In this document: piece by piece, positions 1-10,033 of the stretch
How the letters are laid out: the number at the start of each line of letters is the position of its first letter
Numbering within the stretch: position 1 is the first letter of the stretch
IMG/VR virus record: IMGVR_UViG_3300017991_000048
Location: 248,001 to 312,000 of that record
DNA: 64,000 nt
Strand: one strand, 5' to 3'
Made by a program: the position numbers and the translations under genes
The notes under the pieces: model-generated
What the model saw: the letters and a program-made list of their open reading frames with translations, nothing else
What the model was told of the DNA's origin: nothing
Databases searched by the model: none

Positions 1-210
1 CGCTAGCCTGATGACACTTCCGAGAGAACTCTTTTGGAAAGGCTCTAAATCGACATCTCTCTTCGCGTCTTTAACCTCTTCAAGATAAGCTCCAATTGTA
101 CCCCAGGCTTCCTCACACCTCGCTTGGAGCGCTTGCACATGAGACCTCAGGACATCTACCGGCGGTCTGTCTCTACCTACCGCTTTTTTTGTTTTCCATT
201 TCTGATCCAT
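1..210 (-). CDS. Hypothetical protein with MDxxWK-type leader, truncated by window edge (not in ORF track)
   Basis: My translation: GGAGG SD, ATG at 210, MDQKWKTKKAVGRDRPPVDVLRSHVQALQARCEEAWG..., open to position 1. Confidence 0.7.
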   Translation of the reverse strand, partial: MDQKWKTKKAVGRDRPPVDVLRSHVQALQARCEEAWGTIGAYLEEVKDAKRDVDLEPFQKSSLGSVIRLA

Positions 211-287
211 AGCAATCTCCTCCGTCACTTCCCACAAACTATAGAAACTTTTTCCGAATCTCCCGTACAGCATCCGTTTTGGTCAAC

Positions 288-1712
288 TCACGCCCACGCC
301 GCGTAATCATCAGCTAGTTCCAACAAGAACCTGCCAGCTTCCCCTACTACACGCCCTGGTTTGACATTCAAAGCCGTCATTATCTCCCTGCCATCCAAGA
401 CAGGCTTTTTGGATACAGGCAAAGGCGACTCTTTGATCCGCTTGATCCGTTCCCTGAGTTGTTTAACATTGTGCTTTTGCGGGATAGATCCTAACTCATC
501 TGCCTCAGATACATCTAAAGTAGCATCTACGAGTTCGTCACCAAGATCCCGAATAAACTTTCTTATTGCCTTGTCCGTAACTTCGGGACCAAGATAGTGC
601 GGTCGCATGTGGTGACGGACCATACCCACAACTTTCTTGATAGTAGCAGCATCAAACTTGAGACGGTACAAGATAGCTTTTGCCATCTCCGCTCCCACCT
701 CTTCATGTCCGTGGAAACTTATAGCACCCTCGACAATCTCTTGTGTCTTAGGTTTACCAACATCATGTAATAAAGCTCCCAGTTGCCCTTCAATAGTCGG
801 CGGAGCATGACGAAGTACGTTCAGAGTATGTTTATAAACGTCACCCTCTGCGTGGTACTTCTTTCCCTGCTGGACGCCTTGCATGGCTTCGACTTCAGGT
901 AAGATATACTTTAGCAAGCCCATGAGCTTCATCAGCCTGATGGCACGGTCTAACTTACCGAGTTTCATTACCTTTTTCAGTTCATCCATAATGCGTTCAG
1001 CGGATACTATTTCAATACGAGATGCATTCCGCCGCACTGTCTTTATTACGGACTTAGGTATCTGCCAGTTATATTTACATTGAAAACGGACCAATCGAAT
1101 CATACGAAGGGGATCGTCATTAAGAATCTTGTCCAATGATACTCGCGGGTGCCCTCGTAAGATGCCCTTTTCAATGTCATGCTTACTGGTGCCCGTAAGA
1201 TCGACAACCTCTCCCGATGTCAGATCCTTAAGGAGCATGTTAACGGTAAAGTCCCGCCGTTCAACATCCTCTTCAAGCGTAGCTGGCATTACTTTACGCT
1301 GGCGTGAAGTAGGATCAGTAAACTTTTCCTTCATGGTATCGGCAAACTCTATTACCGCTCCCTTTGTACGATAGGTCTGCCCTTTATATTCTATATTATC
1401 TTTGAATGTAATTTGCCAAATAGGGTACTGCGCTCCCATATGATGGGGCCGGGTTATCTCTCTGGAAAACATATTGTGAAGATAAGTTGTTATCTTCTTG
1501 GCCCCACCCCGCATGTCCACCACGATATCTAAGTCTTTAGCTTCCAGACCTATATATTCGTCACGAATGTACCCTCCGACCGCCATGGCTTTACCGGCAA
1601 ATGGTGTCCCAGGCAAGACACGCTTTAGAAGACGTTCAACTTCTTTTTCCGATATTGAGGCTACGCGGCTGTTTAGGTATCGCTGAACAACTCTGTGGTT
1701 ACAAGTTTCCAA
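288..1712 (-). CDS. cca: Class II CCA-adding tRNA nucleotidyltransferase with HD domain
   Basis: Motifs VGGYIRD...KDLDIVV, RRDFTVN, DDPLRMIRLVRF, SAERI, H...LLHDVGKP, FHGHEEVGA. Extra N-terminal leader HRVVQRYLNSRVAS. The C-terminus may be frameshifted (see findings). Confidence 0.93.
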   Translation of the reverse strand: METCNHRVVQRYLNSRVASISEKEVERLLKRVLPGTPFAGKAMAVGGYIRDEYIGLEAKDLDIVVDMRGGAKKITTYLHNMFSREITRPHHMGAQYPIWQITFKDNIEYKGQTYRTKGAVIEFADTMKEKFTDPTSRQRKVMPATLEEDVERRDFTVNMLLKDLTSGEVVDLTGTSKHDIEKGILRGHPRVSLDKILNDDPLRMIRLVRFQCKYNWQIPKSVIKTVRRNASRIEIVSAERIMDELKKVMKLGKLDRAIRLMKLMGLLKYILPEVEAMQGVQQGKKYHAEGDVYKHTLNVLRHAPPTIEGQLGALLHDVGKPKTQEIVEGAISFHGHEEVGAEMAKAILYRLKFDAATIKKVVGMVRHHMRPHYLGPEVTDKAIRKFIRDLGDELVDATLDVSEADELGSIPQKHNVKQLRERIKRIKESPLPVSKKPVLDGREIMTALNVKPGRVVGEAGRFLLELADDYAAWA

Positions 1713-1887
1713 GTGCTTTTCCGAGAGCTTTATAAGCTTTCTTCAAGTCGTCAACCGCTTTTTCCATATCCTCTGAGGCTCTGAGAACCGGATTGGCCAA
1801 CGTTTGGTAATCTTGCATCTCGATCAGAAGATTTTTCATCTTACCAGCCTGCTTATCTTCAGATACTTTCCAGCGTTTGTTGTCCAT
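1699..1887 (-). CDS. Small helical protein with MDNKRWKVS leader
   Basis: ORF track 1699..1938; likely start is the ATG at 1887 after GAGGT SD. Confidence 0.65.
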   Translation of the reverse strand: MDNKRWKVSEDKQAGKMKNLLIEMQDYQTLANPVLRASEDMEKAVDDLKKAYKALGKALGNL

Positions 1888-1900
1888 ATCTACCTCAGTC

Positions 1901-2653
1901 TCAAAATGATGTCTTTTCCCAGTCGCGGCCCCAGTCACGTCCCGTAAACTCGCCTGTCTCTGCGCTCAACTCTACCTGTACTTCCCACTCATCACCTTCG
2001 TAAGTGGTTCCAGTCACCACTATGGACTGTTGTTTATCCCCTCTAACTCCATAATCATCGGTGCGGACATCCTCAAAATCTTCAGGCATTCCAATACTTT
2101 CTTCAACTTGTTTTGTCTCGCCTGAGAACTGATTCATCATTTCGACTCTAAGCTCTACTATGCCAGAATGAACATCAGCATCAACATCGTAAATATACCA
2201 AATGTGCCCAATATGACCGCCTCTTGGGATAAACTTGTGACGGATCTTACCGGTGGGCTTTCCAGTCTTATAAGTTTTTAGCCAACGTTGCACCGTTTCG
2301 TTGTATATGTCATTCACATCTTCTTGATCTCCGGGAATTTGTTTCCTGGCAGCGGTTCTGACGTCATCTTCCAGGTACTTGAAAACATCAATATAAGGCT
2401 GGACCTTTGAGGACATTACGACATCCCAAACCCCCATCGCAGCATACCTATCCCAAAAATCCCTCTGTTTGAGTTCTCTTTCGACCAAGTTTGCCGCTTT
2501 ACGAGGATCAAGCCCTTCAACATCATGTAATAAATCCATTGCTTGACTCATGCCCATAGGCGTGTTGTCGAAAGCGCCTGTTTTACCTAGAGCTTCTTCA
2601 AAAGCTGATCGGGGGTTGTTTATGGCGTTTTCAAAGGCTTTTCTGGGATTCAT
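1901..2653 (-). CDS. Hypothetical protein with tandem NPRKAFE/NPRSAFEEALGKTG leaders
   Basis: 250-aa ORF with SD; leader shared with many genes in the window. Confidence 0.75.
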   Translation of the reverse strand: MNPRKAFENAINNPRSAFEEALGKTGAFDNTPMGMSQAMDLLHDVEGLDPRKAANLVERELKQRDFWDRYAAMGVWDVVMSSKVQPYIDVFKYLEDDVRTAARKQIPGDQEDVNDIYNETVQRWLKTYKTGKPTGKIRHKFIPRGGHIGHIWYIYDVDADVHSGIVELRVEMMNQFSGETKQVEESIGMPEDFEDVRTDDYGVRGDKQQSIVVTGTTYEGDEWEVQVELSAETGEFTGRDWGRDWEKTSF

Positions 2654-2674
2654 TTTGCTCTCCGCTCCACAAAT

Positions 2675-3193
2675 TTATCTCAAATAGCTAGGGGCTAATT
2701 CCTTCGACAGCCAAATGCGAGCTTCTGTTAAAGCCTCTCTCGCCTTAGCCAAGCTCTGCCAAACACGAACTTTCAATAATGACTTTCGAGGGTGCGCCTC
2801 AGCAAAAACATCTCCAAGTTTACGTTCTATGGCAAGTAACTGTTTGCCTAACGCATTGACATCACGGTCAAAATCACGCTCAGAGGCAAAAAGTCTGCGC
2901 GGTCTCCATGACGGATCTTTCTCCATCATTTCCGAACCAACATCACGCTGAGCCCGATAAAGGTAAGCCTCTACCTCTTCCAGCTTGTCGAAAACTACAT
3001 TCGCGGCTCTGGATACCTCAGGCTTATACCTCTTGTTCTTGCCGCTTACCCTCTGCACCGCTTCCATAGCCTCTTGGATCTCATCTAACAACGCTTCCAG
3101 ATCATCTGCAAGCTTCTGGTTCTGGTCTGATCCCAGAGCAGTTTTCTGTAAGTATCGGGTAACAACGCTGTCCTTCATGTCAATCTCCAACAT
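2675..3193 (-). CDS. Hypothetical coiled-coil protein with SVVTRYLQKTA leader
   Basis: 172-aa ORF; probable start MKDSVV at 3178 after GGAG. Confidence 0.7.
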   Translation of the reverse strand: MLEIDMKDSVVTRYLQKTALGSDQNQKLADDLEALLDEIQEAMEAVQRVSGKNKRYKPEVSRAANVVFDKLEEVEAYLYRAQRDVGSEMMEKDPSWRPRRLFASERDFDRDVNALGKQLLAIERKLGDVFAEAHPRKSLLKVRVWQSLAKAREALTEARIWLSKELAPSYLR

Positions 3194-3197
3194 TAGA

Positions 3198-3554
3198 CTA
3201 CAACGGGAAAATCTCTCGGCTCATCTGGTCGGCGTACTCGTCAGGGTCGCCAAACTCTTTGACAAACTTTCTTTCCGCGTCCGCTAGTTGGCCAAAGGTC
3301 TTCATGGACACACGCTCCAACTCCTTCACAGCACCTTTGATCATCCTAATCATAGCCTCAGCATCCCTTCTAGCTGGACGGTCTAGGTAGGACGCGGCAT
3401 TATCATAGGGCCTTACTGTCCCCATAAGAGCATCTTCAATGTCATGTATATCGTTCCACACTTTATCGAGCACCCGCCCTACAGGGCCTTCTGTAAGGAT
3501 TGCTTTTCTCTTGATGGCACTCTCAAATGCTTTTCTGGGGTTGCTCATGATCAA
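3198..3554 (-). CDS. Hypothetical protein with NPRKAFESAIKRKA leader
   Basis: 118-aa ORF with GGAG SD. Confidence 0.7.
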   Translation of the reverse strand: MIMSNPRKAFESAIKRKAILTEGPVGRVLDKVWNDIHDIEDALMGTVRPYDNAASYLDRPARRDAEAMIRMIKGAVKELERVSMKTFGQLADAERKFVKEFGDPDEYADQMSREIFPL

Positions 3555-3651
3555 TCTCCAAACAAAACGCCAATACGGTAAACCCTATACAGACTAGAAC
3601 GCAGGTTTCAACCAATAGCTAACCTCCGACTCACCGTTTCACGTGAAACAC

Positions 3652-3966
3652 TCACTCTTCTACCGGAGGGGGTGTTCCTGGTTTATGTCCCTTATCGATA
3701 ACAAAGTGCTGTGGCTTCCACCGGATCTTGTACTTGCGAGCGAGACTTTTGGCTGCTTTCGCAGCCTCTTCAAAATCACTTTTCCACACGCTCACAAAGG
3801 AGGATTTCTCAATGACTTTGCCGCCTTGAGAAAGCCCCACATCCGCTCGCCAGCCGTTGTTCTCCGCAGCCGTTACGGATACCATAAGGGTGACTTTGCC
3901 AGTCCCTCCAATGAAGTTGTATTGCCACCTATCTTCGGCTGCTACTTTCCATCGTAATGCGTCCAT
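3652..3966 (-). CDS. Hypothetical protein with MDALRWKVAA leader
   Basis: 104-aa ORF directly downstream of the sheath gene. Confidence 0.7.
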   Translation of the reverse strand: MDALRWKVAAEDRWQYNFIGGTGKVTLMVSVTAAENNGWRADVGLSQGGKVIEKSSFVSVWKSDFEEAAKAAKSLARKYKIRWKPQHFVIDKGHKPGTPPPVEE

Positions 3967-4000
3967 TATGATACCCTCACTCGTTGGAGAACAACACCTC

Positions 4001-7000
4001 CTAGATTCGTGCTCTGAGGTTGAAAGTCAGCATGATGTACAGCAGCGGGAAGATCGGGCTGTAGTACATCTCAAACCTCAGAATCGTAGGATCGTCAGGG
4101 TCGATAGCCGCTGTCATTCCTGCGAAGGCGCTGACAATCTCTGCCTGAGTCAGCGATTTGAACAGCCCTGTCATGGACACCACGACTTCATTAGTGCGAG
4201 CCGCCAAGAACTTCGTCCCGATGAACGAGTCCAGTACAATCCGAGATTGCTGCTGAACAAAGTCAGCGATCTGAATGACTGTCGGAAGTCTGGTCAACAC
4301 CGAAGTCATATTGGTTGTCAGTCCCTGTCGGATTCGGATAATCGGGTCCAAATCTTCCAGAAGCGTGACACCGGCAACCGCCGTCTGGTTAGCCTCAACC
4401 GGATCAAGGATTCGCGGAATCCGGGTAAAGCCCTGGATCTTGCGACGAGTGTATGGAGTCGCCACGTCCACCGCAGGCGAAACCACCGCACCTGCAACAG
4501 CAGCCCCAAAGAAGCTACCATCCACAAGGCTCTCAAATGACTGGCCCACCTCATCGGTCAGAGTAATAACCGCTGAATCAGGATAGATAGCTACGATACG
4601 GCTTGAGTTCAAGCCCTGAGCCACCGATTGCGCTGTGGTCGGTGAAGTACCGGACGCGAAACCAATCATACCGGTACGTTCCGCCTGATTCCTGATATTA
4701 CTCTGAATCTCACAATGTGAGGTAAGGTGTGTGTACACCTCCGTATCCGTGGACCCTGGAACCAGAATATCCGGTCGGATATTACCCGGAAGCGGGGTCG
4801 CCAGTTCGTCAATCGCCTCGTTGTATGACTGGGCGCTGGCTTGGTTCGTATTGGTGACCTTTAGAACCTGCTTCATAATAAGCAGGATGGCACCGTTCAG
4901 AATCGCCAAGTATCCAGCCAAAGTCAGTCGATTCTCAGCCGATGTACGACCGAAGTTCGCCTCAATTGTCTTGAGTTGCTGGAAGATTCTGGGCGAGTAG
5001 TCCTGCTTCAGATAACGGTAGGAAATGAAATAGAAATCTCCCACCGATGGCTCAACTCCATCCGGGTTGTAAGTGGTCAATGAAGCCGTATCATTGACTC
5101 CCACACCCACGGTGTTCGTCACAAGCAACTCCAGCCCTCCAACAGAGTAGCGCGGAACCGAAGGACTCACGTGGAAGGTCTGGGAAACCTCCAACGTGAA
5201 GTAACCAGCAGGATCATAAGTACCAGTGGCTGACGGAAGAACCGTAAACCTCAGGCCCGTCCGAGCATCCGTGTAAGTCTGGCCTGGAATTCCAGTACCC
5301 GCCGACCCTACTCCAGAGGTAGAAGTCACCACATAGTTGCTCTGCGGATCTTCACCAACATCCCCGTCAGTGCCCGGAGTAACATCGATTCCAGTTGTCA
5401 CGTTGAACGCTGAGTTTGCCGAGTTCACAAATCCGATGCTGGAAGTAGCGGCTCCAGTGGTCAGCGACTCGATTGTGATGTAGTCGTTACCACTCAACGG
5501 AGACACATAAGCCACCGCTCCAGCCGCGAAACCCGCAGTATCCATAAGGATATCCACTACTTCTTGGGCAGCGACCTGTGTCTGGCCCACAAAGTCGTTC
5601 TGAGTGAAGCCAAGCACATCGTTAGCCGAACCACCAAGAATCAGGATCGAAGACCCTGTATCGTTTGTGGTACTGGTCAGGCGGATCTTATCCAGATTGA
5701 CACCAGTTCCGACAGAAGCCACCGATGCCACTACCGCATTGATGTCCGCTATTATTGTCGCCGGGAGAACCGCCGCTCCAGCCGTCAATGTGATGGTGTA
5801 ATCCACCCCATCCACGCGGACAATGAATGTGTCATTCAGTCCAGCCGTAATATTGAACGGACCCGCCAGGGTGCCGACCGTCGTAGCTGCCTTACAAATC
5901 GCGCCTGTGGTTCCATTCACACTTGCGAAAGTCGTCAGTCCAAGAGTGCCCTCAGCCGTTCCCTGGTTGATCGTGACACTAGCCACGTCATCAAAGCCAG
6001 CCGGGAGAGCACCCGGAACTTGGCGACCCTGGATAATGAAGAAAATATCCCCAGTCGCAGCGCCGATCTGACTGAAACTAGCCAGATTGTTCGGAGCCGT
6101 GGCCACAAAGTTAGGATCGGCGTCAATCGCGGCATTAATTTCAGCCACAATGAAAGCCGGGGTCTGGTTACCAGACGTCAGACTGATCGTTCCAATCGTG
6201 AAACCATCAATCGTGAGACTGAGGTCATTGCCCGGAGCAGGATCAATCGTGATCTTGCCAGCGTCCGGACCAGTCTGGATCGGCGTAACTTTGCTGCCTA
6301 CCATGAACGCCTGGGTCGCGGCTGCCAGATTCGAGGTCTGGTTGACACCGTTTACCTGCGTTACCCATGTAGCCGAGAAGGGGGAATAGAACCTGTAAGG
6401 AGCCTCTCCCTTGATCGTGTAGGCTGCATTACTGGCGGTCGTCGTTCCGAAAGTCACTGTCACGACTTCGGACACCGGAGTTCCGCCTGCGTGGAAAGCA
6501 TCGGGCACCTGCTCAGAGCCACGAGGCCACTGAACAATCTGACTCAAACCAGCCTTGGTTCCAAACCGAACCTCATAGAGATTGGTATCCAGAACAGTTG
6601 AGAATACTGTGTACTCTCCAGTTCCGATAGGACCGGCAACCTGATTTGTCAGAGTGAAGGTATCATCCGCCAGAGTGCTGTAATAAAACGTCGCATAGGC
6701 GTTGTAGTCAGGCGGCTGCGGCTCTTTGAGGACGATACGACGGTTTATCCCGTCCACAACTGTAACCGGCACAGCAGGCCGGTTCGTGGCGTCAAGAAGG
6801 TTCCGTCCTGTATAGACCGTAATAAGATCCGGTCGGTTCGTCACGAGAGCCTGACGGCTGTTGGCCACCGAATTGAAGGTCTGAAGCCCCAAAACAGTGC
6901 TCCGTCCATTACCCATGGTCGGAACCTCAGGCAACAGAAAATCTGTCTCAGATACGGTAGCCGGGATGGTGGTAGTATCAGTGACCCGCGTACACGCGCC

Positions 7001-8287
7001 CAGATACATCCTATTGTCGATCAAAGTCCCGACTATCTGACCACCAGATCCAGTGTCTCCATCAAAAGGAGTAGCGCCGGGAGTTGTCGTCGCGGCAACC
7101 ACCTGGAAACTGGCACCCCAGTTGATAATACTTACATCCGTGCTTGGGTTCGAAACCACGAAATCCGTGCCCTGGATATAATCATTACGCCCTGGAGAAA
7201 TACCGCACCGTAAAACAGTCGTCACAAGACTGTTGGGCAGGTAGTCAAATGTGTCCTGCCATGTATTGGCCCAGTACTCAATTGTTACAGTCGAGCCAGT
7301 AGCTGGAGCGAAAGGCAGTGTTACAATGCCGTTCGTGCCGTCTACAGCTTCGACTACTACCTGAGTTCCATCGACCTTGGCCACTACCTTGGACGGATCG
7401 GTGGTTGTGATACCGCCGCCTGATCCGTCCACGATCGGACGATTGAAAACCCGAAAGTCCGTGTTACGGTCTGTAGAAGCGCCTTCCGAGAAACCCAATG
7501 GTCCATTCGCAGAGCCACTTCCAATAACGATACTGATTGGGCTCAGAAACTGAACGTGGTCCAAGCCCTGAGCATCCTGAAATACCGCAACCGAAAGATT
7601 GGGTATAGCAGCAGCGCTGATGACCGACACCAGGGTTGCGGCACTCAGTGAGCCACCCGGAAGTGTAACCGTGGACTCTGTGCCGTCCACCTCAATGATA
7701 AATTCATCATTGATACCGGTCGTAATATCAAACGGAGCGTACCCCGGAGATATTAGAGTGGCATTCTCGGTTGTAACCTGATCTGAAAGATCATCGGTAA
7801 ATGCCGTATCCCCACGGTGGAAATAGTAAGTTGCCCGGACCGCATCGTTTGGCTGAGTCGGCACCTGTAAGGTTATCAGACCTTGTTGGCCCTGCATTGA
7901 CCCCAAAGATACCGGCGAGCCATTTACCGTTACGGAGACCGTTCTAACATCATTGGTCACCCGGCCAAACCCCTGACCGTCCACGATCGGATAGTTTCTT
8001 ACCTGGAAGGTTGTAAATGTTCCATCCTGAACACCCAACACGAGATTTGAGGGATTCGTGTCATCGACAACCCAACTCTCAGATACATCCTCATTGACAA
8101 TCTGCTGGTCAACTGTGGACGACGACCCACGGACAAGCTCAAAATCGGTTTGTTCTAACTCTTCCTGACCCACACCAATTAGAGCGGGAATTCTAATCCC
8201 TGCTGTCAGATTTGAGGCATTTGTCTCAGTGAGTGTGCGTGTGTAAACGCCTGGGGGAGCGTATGAAATAAACGGACCTATAGCCAT
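4001..8287 (-). CDS. Contractile tail sheath protein, enlarged by inserted beta-rich domains
   Basis: N-terminal YAPPGVY sheath signature; C-terminal sheath-like domain (RIRQGLTT...ADFVQQQSRIVLDSFIG...FEMYYSPIFPLLYIMLTFNL); T/G/V-rich inserts. Confidence 0.9.
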   Translation of the reverse strand: MAIGPFISYAPPGVYTRTLTETNASNLTAGIRIPALIGVGQEELEQTDFELVRGSSSTVDQQIVNEDVSESWVVDDTNPSNLVLGVQDGTFTTFQVRNYPIVDGQGFGRVTNDVRTVSVTVNGSPVSLGSMQGQQGLITLQVPTQPNDAVRATYYFHRGDTAFTDDLSDQVTTENATLISPGYAPFDITTGINDEFIIEVDGTESTVTLPGGSLSAATLVSVISAAAIPNLSVAVFQDAQGLDHVQFLSPISIVIGSGSANGPLGFSEGASTDRNTDFRVFNRPIVDGSGGGITTTDPSKVVAKVDGTQVVVEAVDGTNGIVTLPFAPATGSTVTIEYWANTWQDTFDYLPNSLVTTVLRCGISPGRNDYIQGTDFVVSNPSTDVSIINWGASFQVVAATTTPGATPFDGDTGSGGQIVGTLIDNRMYLGACTRVTDTTTIPATVSETDFLLPEVPTMGNGRSTVLGLQTFNSVANSRQALVTNRPDLITVYTGRNLLDATNRPAVPVTVVDGINRRIVLKEPQPPDYNAYATFYYSTLADDTFTLTNQVAGPIGTGEYTVFSTVLDTNLYEVRFGTKAGLSQIVQWPRGSEQVPDAFHAGGTPVSEVVTVTFGTTTASNAAYTIKGEAPYRFYSPFSATWVTQVNGVNQTSNLAAATQAFMVGSKVTPIQTGPDAGKITIDPAPGNDLSLTIDGFTIGTISLTSGNQTPAFIVAEINAAIDADPNFVATAPNNLASFSQIGAATGDIFFIIQGRQVPGALPAGFDDVASVTINQGTAEGTLGLTTFASVNGTTGAICKAATTVGTLAGPFNITAGLNDTFIVRVDGVDYTITLTAGAAVLPATIIADINAVVASVASVGTGVNLDKIRLTSTTNDTGSSILILGGSANDVLGFTQNDFVGQTQVAAQEVVDILMDTAGFAAGAVAYVSPLSGNDYITIESLTTGAATSSIGFVNSANSAFNVTTGIDVTPGTDGDVGEDPQSNYVVTSTSGVGSAGTGIPGQTYTDARTGLRFTVLPSATGTYDPAGYFTLEVSQTFHVSPSVPRYSVGGLELLVTNTVGVGVNDTASLTTYNPDGVEPSVGDFYFISYRYLKQDYSPRIFQQLKTIEANFGRTSAENRLTLAGYLAILNGAILLIMKQVLKVTNTNQASAQSYNEAIDELATPLPGNIRPDILVPGSTDTEVYTHLTSHCEIQSNIRNQAERTGMIGFASGTSPTTAQSVAQGLNSSRIVAIYPDSAVITLTDEVGQSFESLVDGSFFGAAVAGAVVSPAVDVATPYTRRKIQGFTRIPRILDPVEANQTAVAGVTLLEDLDPIIRIRQGLTTNMTSVLTRLPTVIQIADFVQQQSRIVLDSFIGTKFLAARTNEVVVSMTGLFKSLTQAEIVSAFAGMTAAIDPDDPTILRFEMYYSPIFPLLYIMLTFNLRARI

Positions 8288-8309
8288 ATCAGGATTCTCC
8301 TAGATCAAA

Positions 8310-8375
8310 TTATTTTTTACATTTAGATGCTATCAGGCTAGAAGTTCGATCTGGGTTTGGATCTGGGTCTGGCGA
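8310..8375 (-). promoter_or_regulatory. Putative leader element upstream of sheath: YARAY hexamer repeats plus AAATGTA
   Basis: Minus strand CAGACC CAGATC CAAACC CAGATC ... GCCTGATAGCATCTAAATGTAAA; similar elements at about 29085-29160 and 59400-59425. Confidence 0.35.
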
Positions 8376-8414
8376 ACAGCGTTATCAAGGTGCGAAAACA
8401 AAAGAATTAAGCAC

Positions 8415-8840
8415 TTATTCGCCTTTTCCCTCATTGATGAGCCGCAAAGCCTCATTAGCGAGAGCTTTACGAGCCTTTCTCCCCTGTGGGCTCATAGGCT
8501 CATAATCAATAAATCCATCCCCCGAATGACGAATTAAAGCATGGGTTTCCCCTTGTTTTCGGGCTTCCTTTTTGACTTCTTCCCGTTTTTCGATGTGCTC
8601 CCACCGTTTTTCAGCGCTGCGTCCTACAACCTTGTCGGCAGTAGGATAATCCTGATCGTGGACCCCGGAATTAGCCGAAGCTGAACCCCCTTCAGCAAAC
8701 GCGAACCCGAAATCTGATACCACCAAAGGCGCATGACCCTGACATTCCGGACATTCATGGTTTACATGGTTCCCGGCTTTTAGGTTGCGCTCAAATCTAA
8801 TATTACACTCAGAACATTCAAAACTATATTTAGGCATCAC
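8415..8840 (-). CDS. FmdB-like zinc-ribbon protein
   Basis: MPKYSFECSEC...HECPEC pattern. Confidence 0.75.
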   Translation of the reverse strand: MMPKYSFECSECNIRFERNLKAGNHVNHECPECQGHAPLVVSDFGFAFAEGGSASANSGVHDQDYPTADKVVGRSAEKRWEHIEKREEVKKEARKQGETHALIRHSGDGFIDYEPMSPQGRKARKALANEALRLINEGKGE

Positions 8841-10033
8841 AAAATTCTTTCAAAATTGTTGTTCCGATCCTTAATGACCGGCATCGTGGCAAAAAGTAAC
8901 TTGCTCTGCACATCACCAATGATCGTAGTTGCTTGTATTGGGTCGAGAGGGGTTGCTGCCTTATCCATATCTGAGGTCGTCGCTGTTACCTGACTAACCG
9001 TTAGAGGCAACGGAATATGAATCTCCCAGTCGGCCTGCATCTGGAGAGAAAGAGAAGCGTTATAAAAGTAATCGTCTCCCGTCTCATCATAAATCTCTTC
9101 TGCCTCACCCCCGATAGAAATGTCAGTGATTTCAATACCTTCGGCTGATAAATCATCACGCTTCTGGCCCCAAAGATACATGACCGTAAGATCTGCGATC
9201 TCTTCCATTTGCATCGGATCTCTTGCGATAGCATCAAGATCAAAAGAAGCGTCAAACCGACCACCGTAAGCTTTGGCCGTCTCAACTCGATCCTCATATA
9301 CTACTACAGCAACCTTATCTCCTTTACGGGCTCGTTTTCCGAAAGCGAGAACAACGCCGCGTAAGGTTGTAAAGTCCGCTGTATTCCACTGGAACTTGAC
9401 CGGCCCCACAGAAGCGACAGCATATCTGTAATCAGCAGTTAGAATCGAGCCCTTGGGGGAACGGTGTAAGAGTTCAATCGCTCCGGTGTTATAATCTACC
9501 CGGTAATGCTCACCCTCAACTAGCCTAAATCTTCGGTTCTCCCATAAGCGTAAGGTTCCTTCGACGGGCTTTTGTTGGAGTTGGGCTTCACTTTCAACTC
9601 CTGATTCAAATCTAAGAACCGGTTCATCATTTACGGTTAACAAGGGGTCAACCATAAACTCCCCTTCAGTTTGTGCGCTGTCCGGAACCTCTAGGATCTC
9701 AATATAATAAATGCCAGGAGGGATGGGCATTTTCCCTCCATTCTTCTTTACACAAGCCAAGTCCTCTGTGACCCATTCTAACGGATGGGCGGGAGCCCCT
9801 ACATAAGCTAACATTACGTGGCTCATTACCACCCCTATAAAGTTATCAGCGGATAGCTGAACCTTATTGGCGCTGGAACCCTTAACAACAATCCCAAACT
9901 GAGGGCGCTCTTCAAAAGCATACCGGTTTTGAATATACGGTGCTACTTTTTCATAAATTGGATGGTTGGCAAAACTGTCTTTCAGTTCTAGTACGAGCCG
10001 ACGCTTAAGCGCTTGCAGTAGATAGTAGTACAT
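8837..10033 (-). CDS. Putative tail completion / sheath terminator protein
   Basis: 398 aa between neck genes and sheath; beta-rich insert. Assignment mainly from gene position. Confidence 0.4.
   Translation of the reverse strand: MYYYLLQALKRRLVLELKDSFANHPIYEKVAPYIQNRYAFEERPQFGIVVKGSSANKVQLSADNFIGVVMSHVMLAYVGAPAHPLEWVTEDLACVKKNGGKMPIPPGIYYIEILEVPDSAQTEGEFMVDPLLTVNDEPVLRFESGVESEAQLQQKPVEGTLRLWENRRFRLVEGEHYRVDYNTGAIELLHRSPKGSILTADYRYAVASVGPVKFQWNTADFTTLRGVVLAFGKRARKGDKVAVVVYEDRVETAKAYGGRFDASFDLDAIARDPMQMEEIADLTVMYLWGQKRDDLSAEGIEITDISIGGEAEEIYDETGDDYFYNASLSLQMQADWEIHIPLPLTVSQVTATTSDMDKAATPLDPIQATTIIGDVQSKLLFATMPVIKDRNNNFERIL

Noticed and set aside
3590-3625. Weak TTGAAA-N16-TATAGG promoter before 3554
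   Set aside because: Poor -10 match and no independent support.
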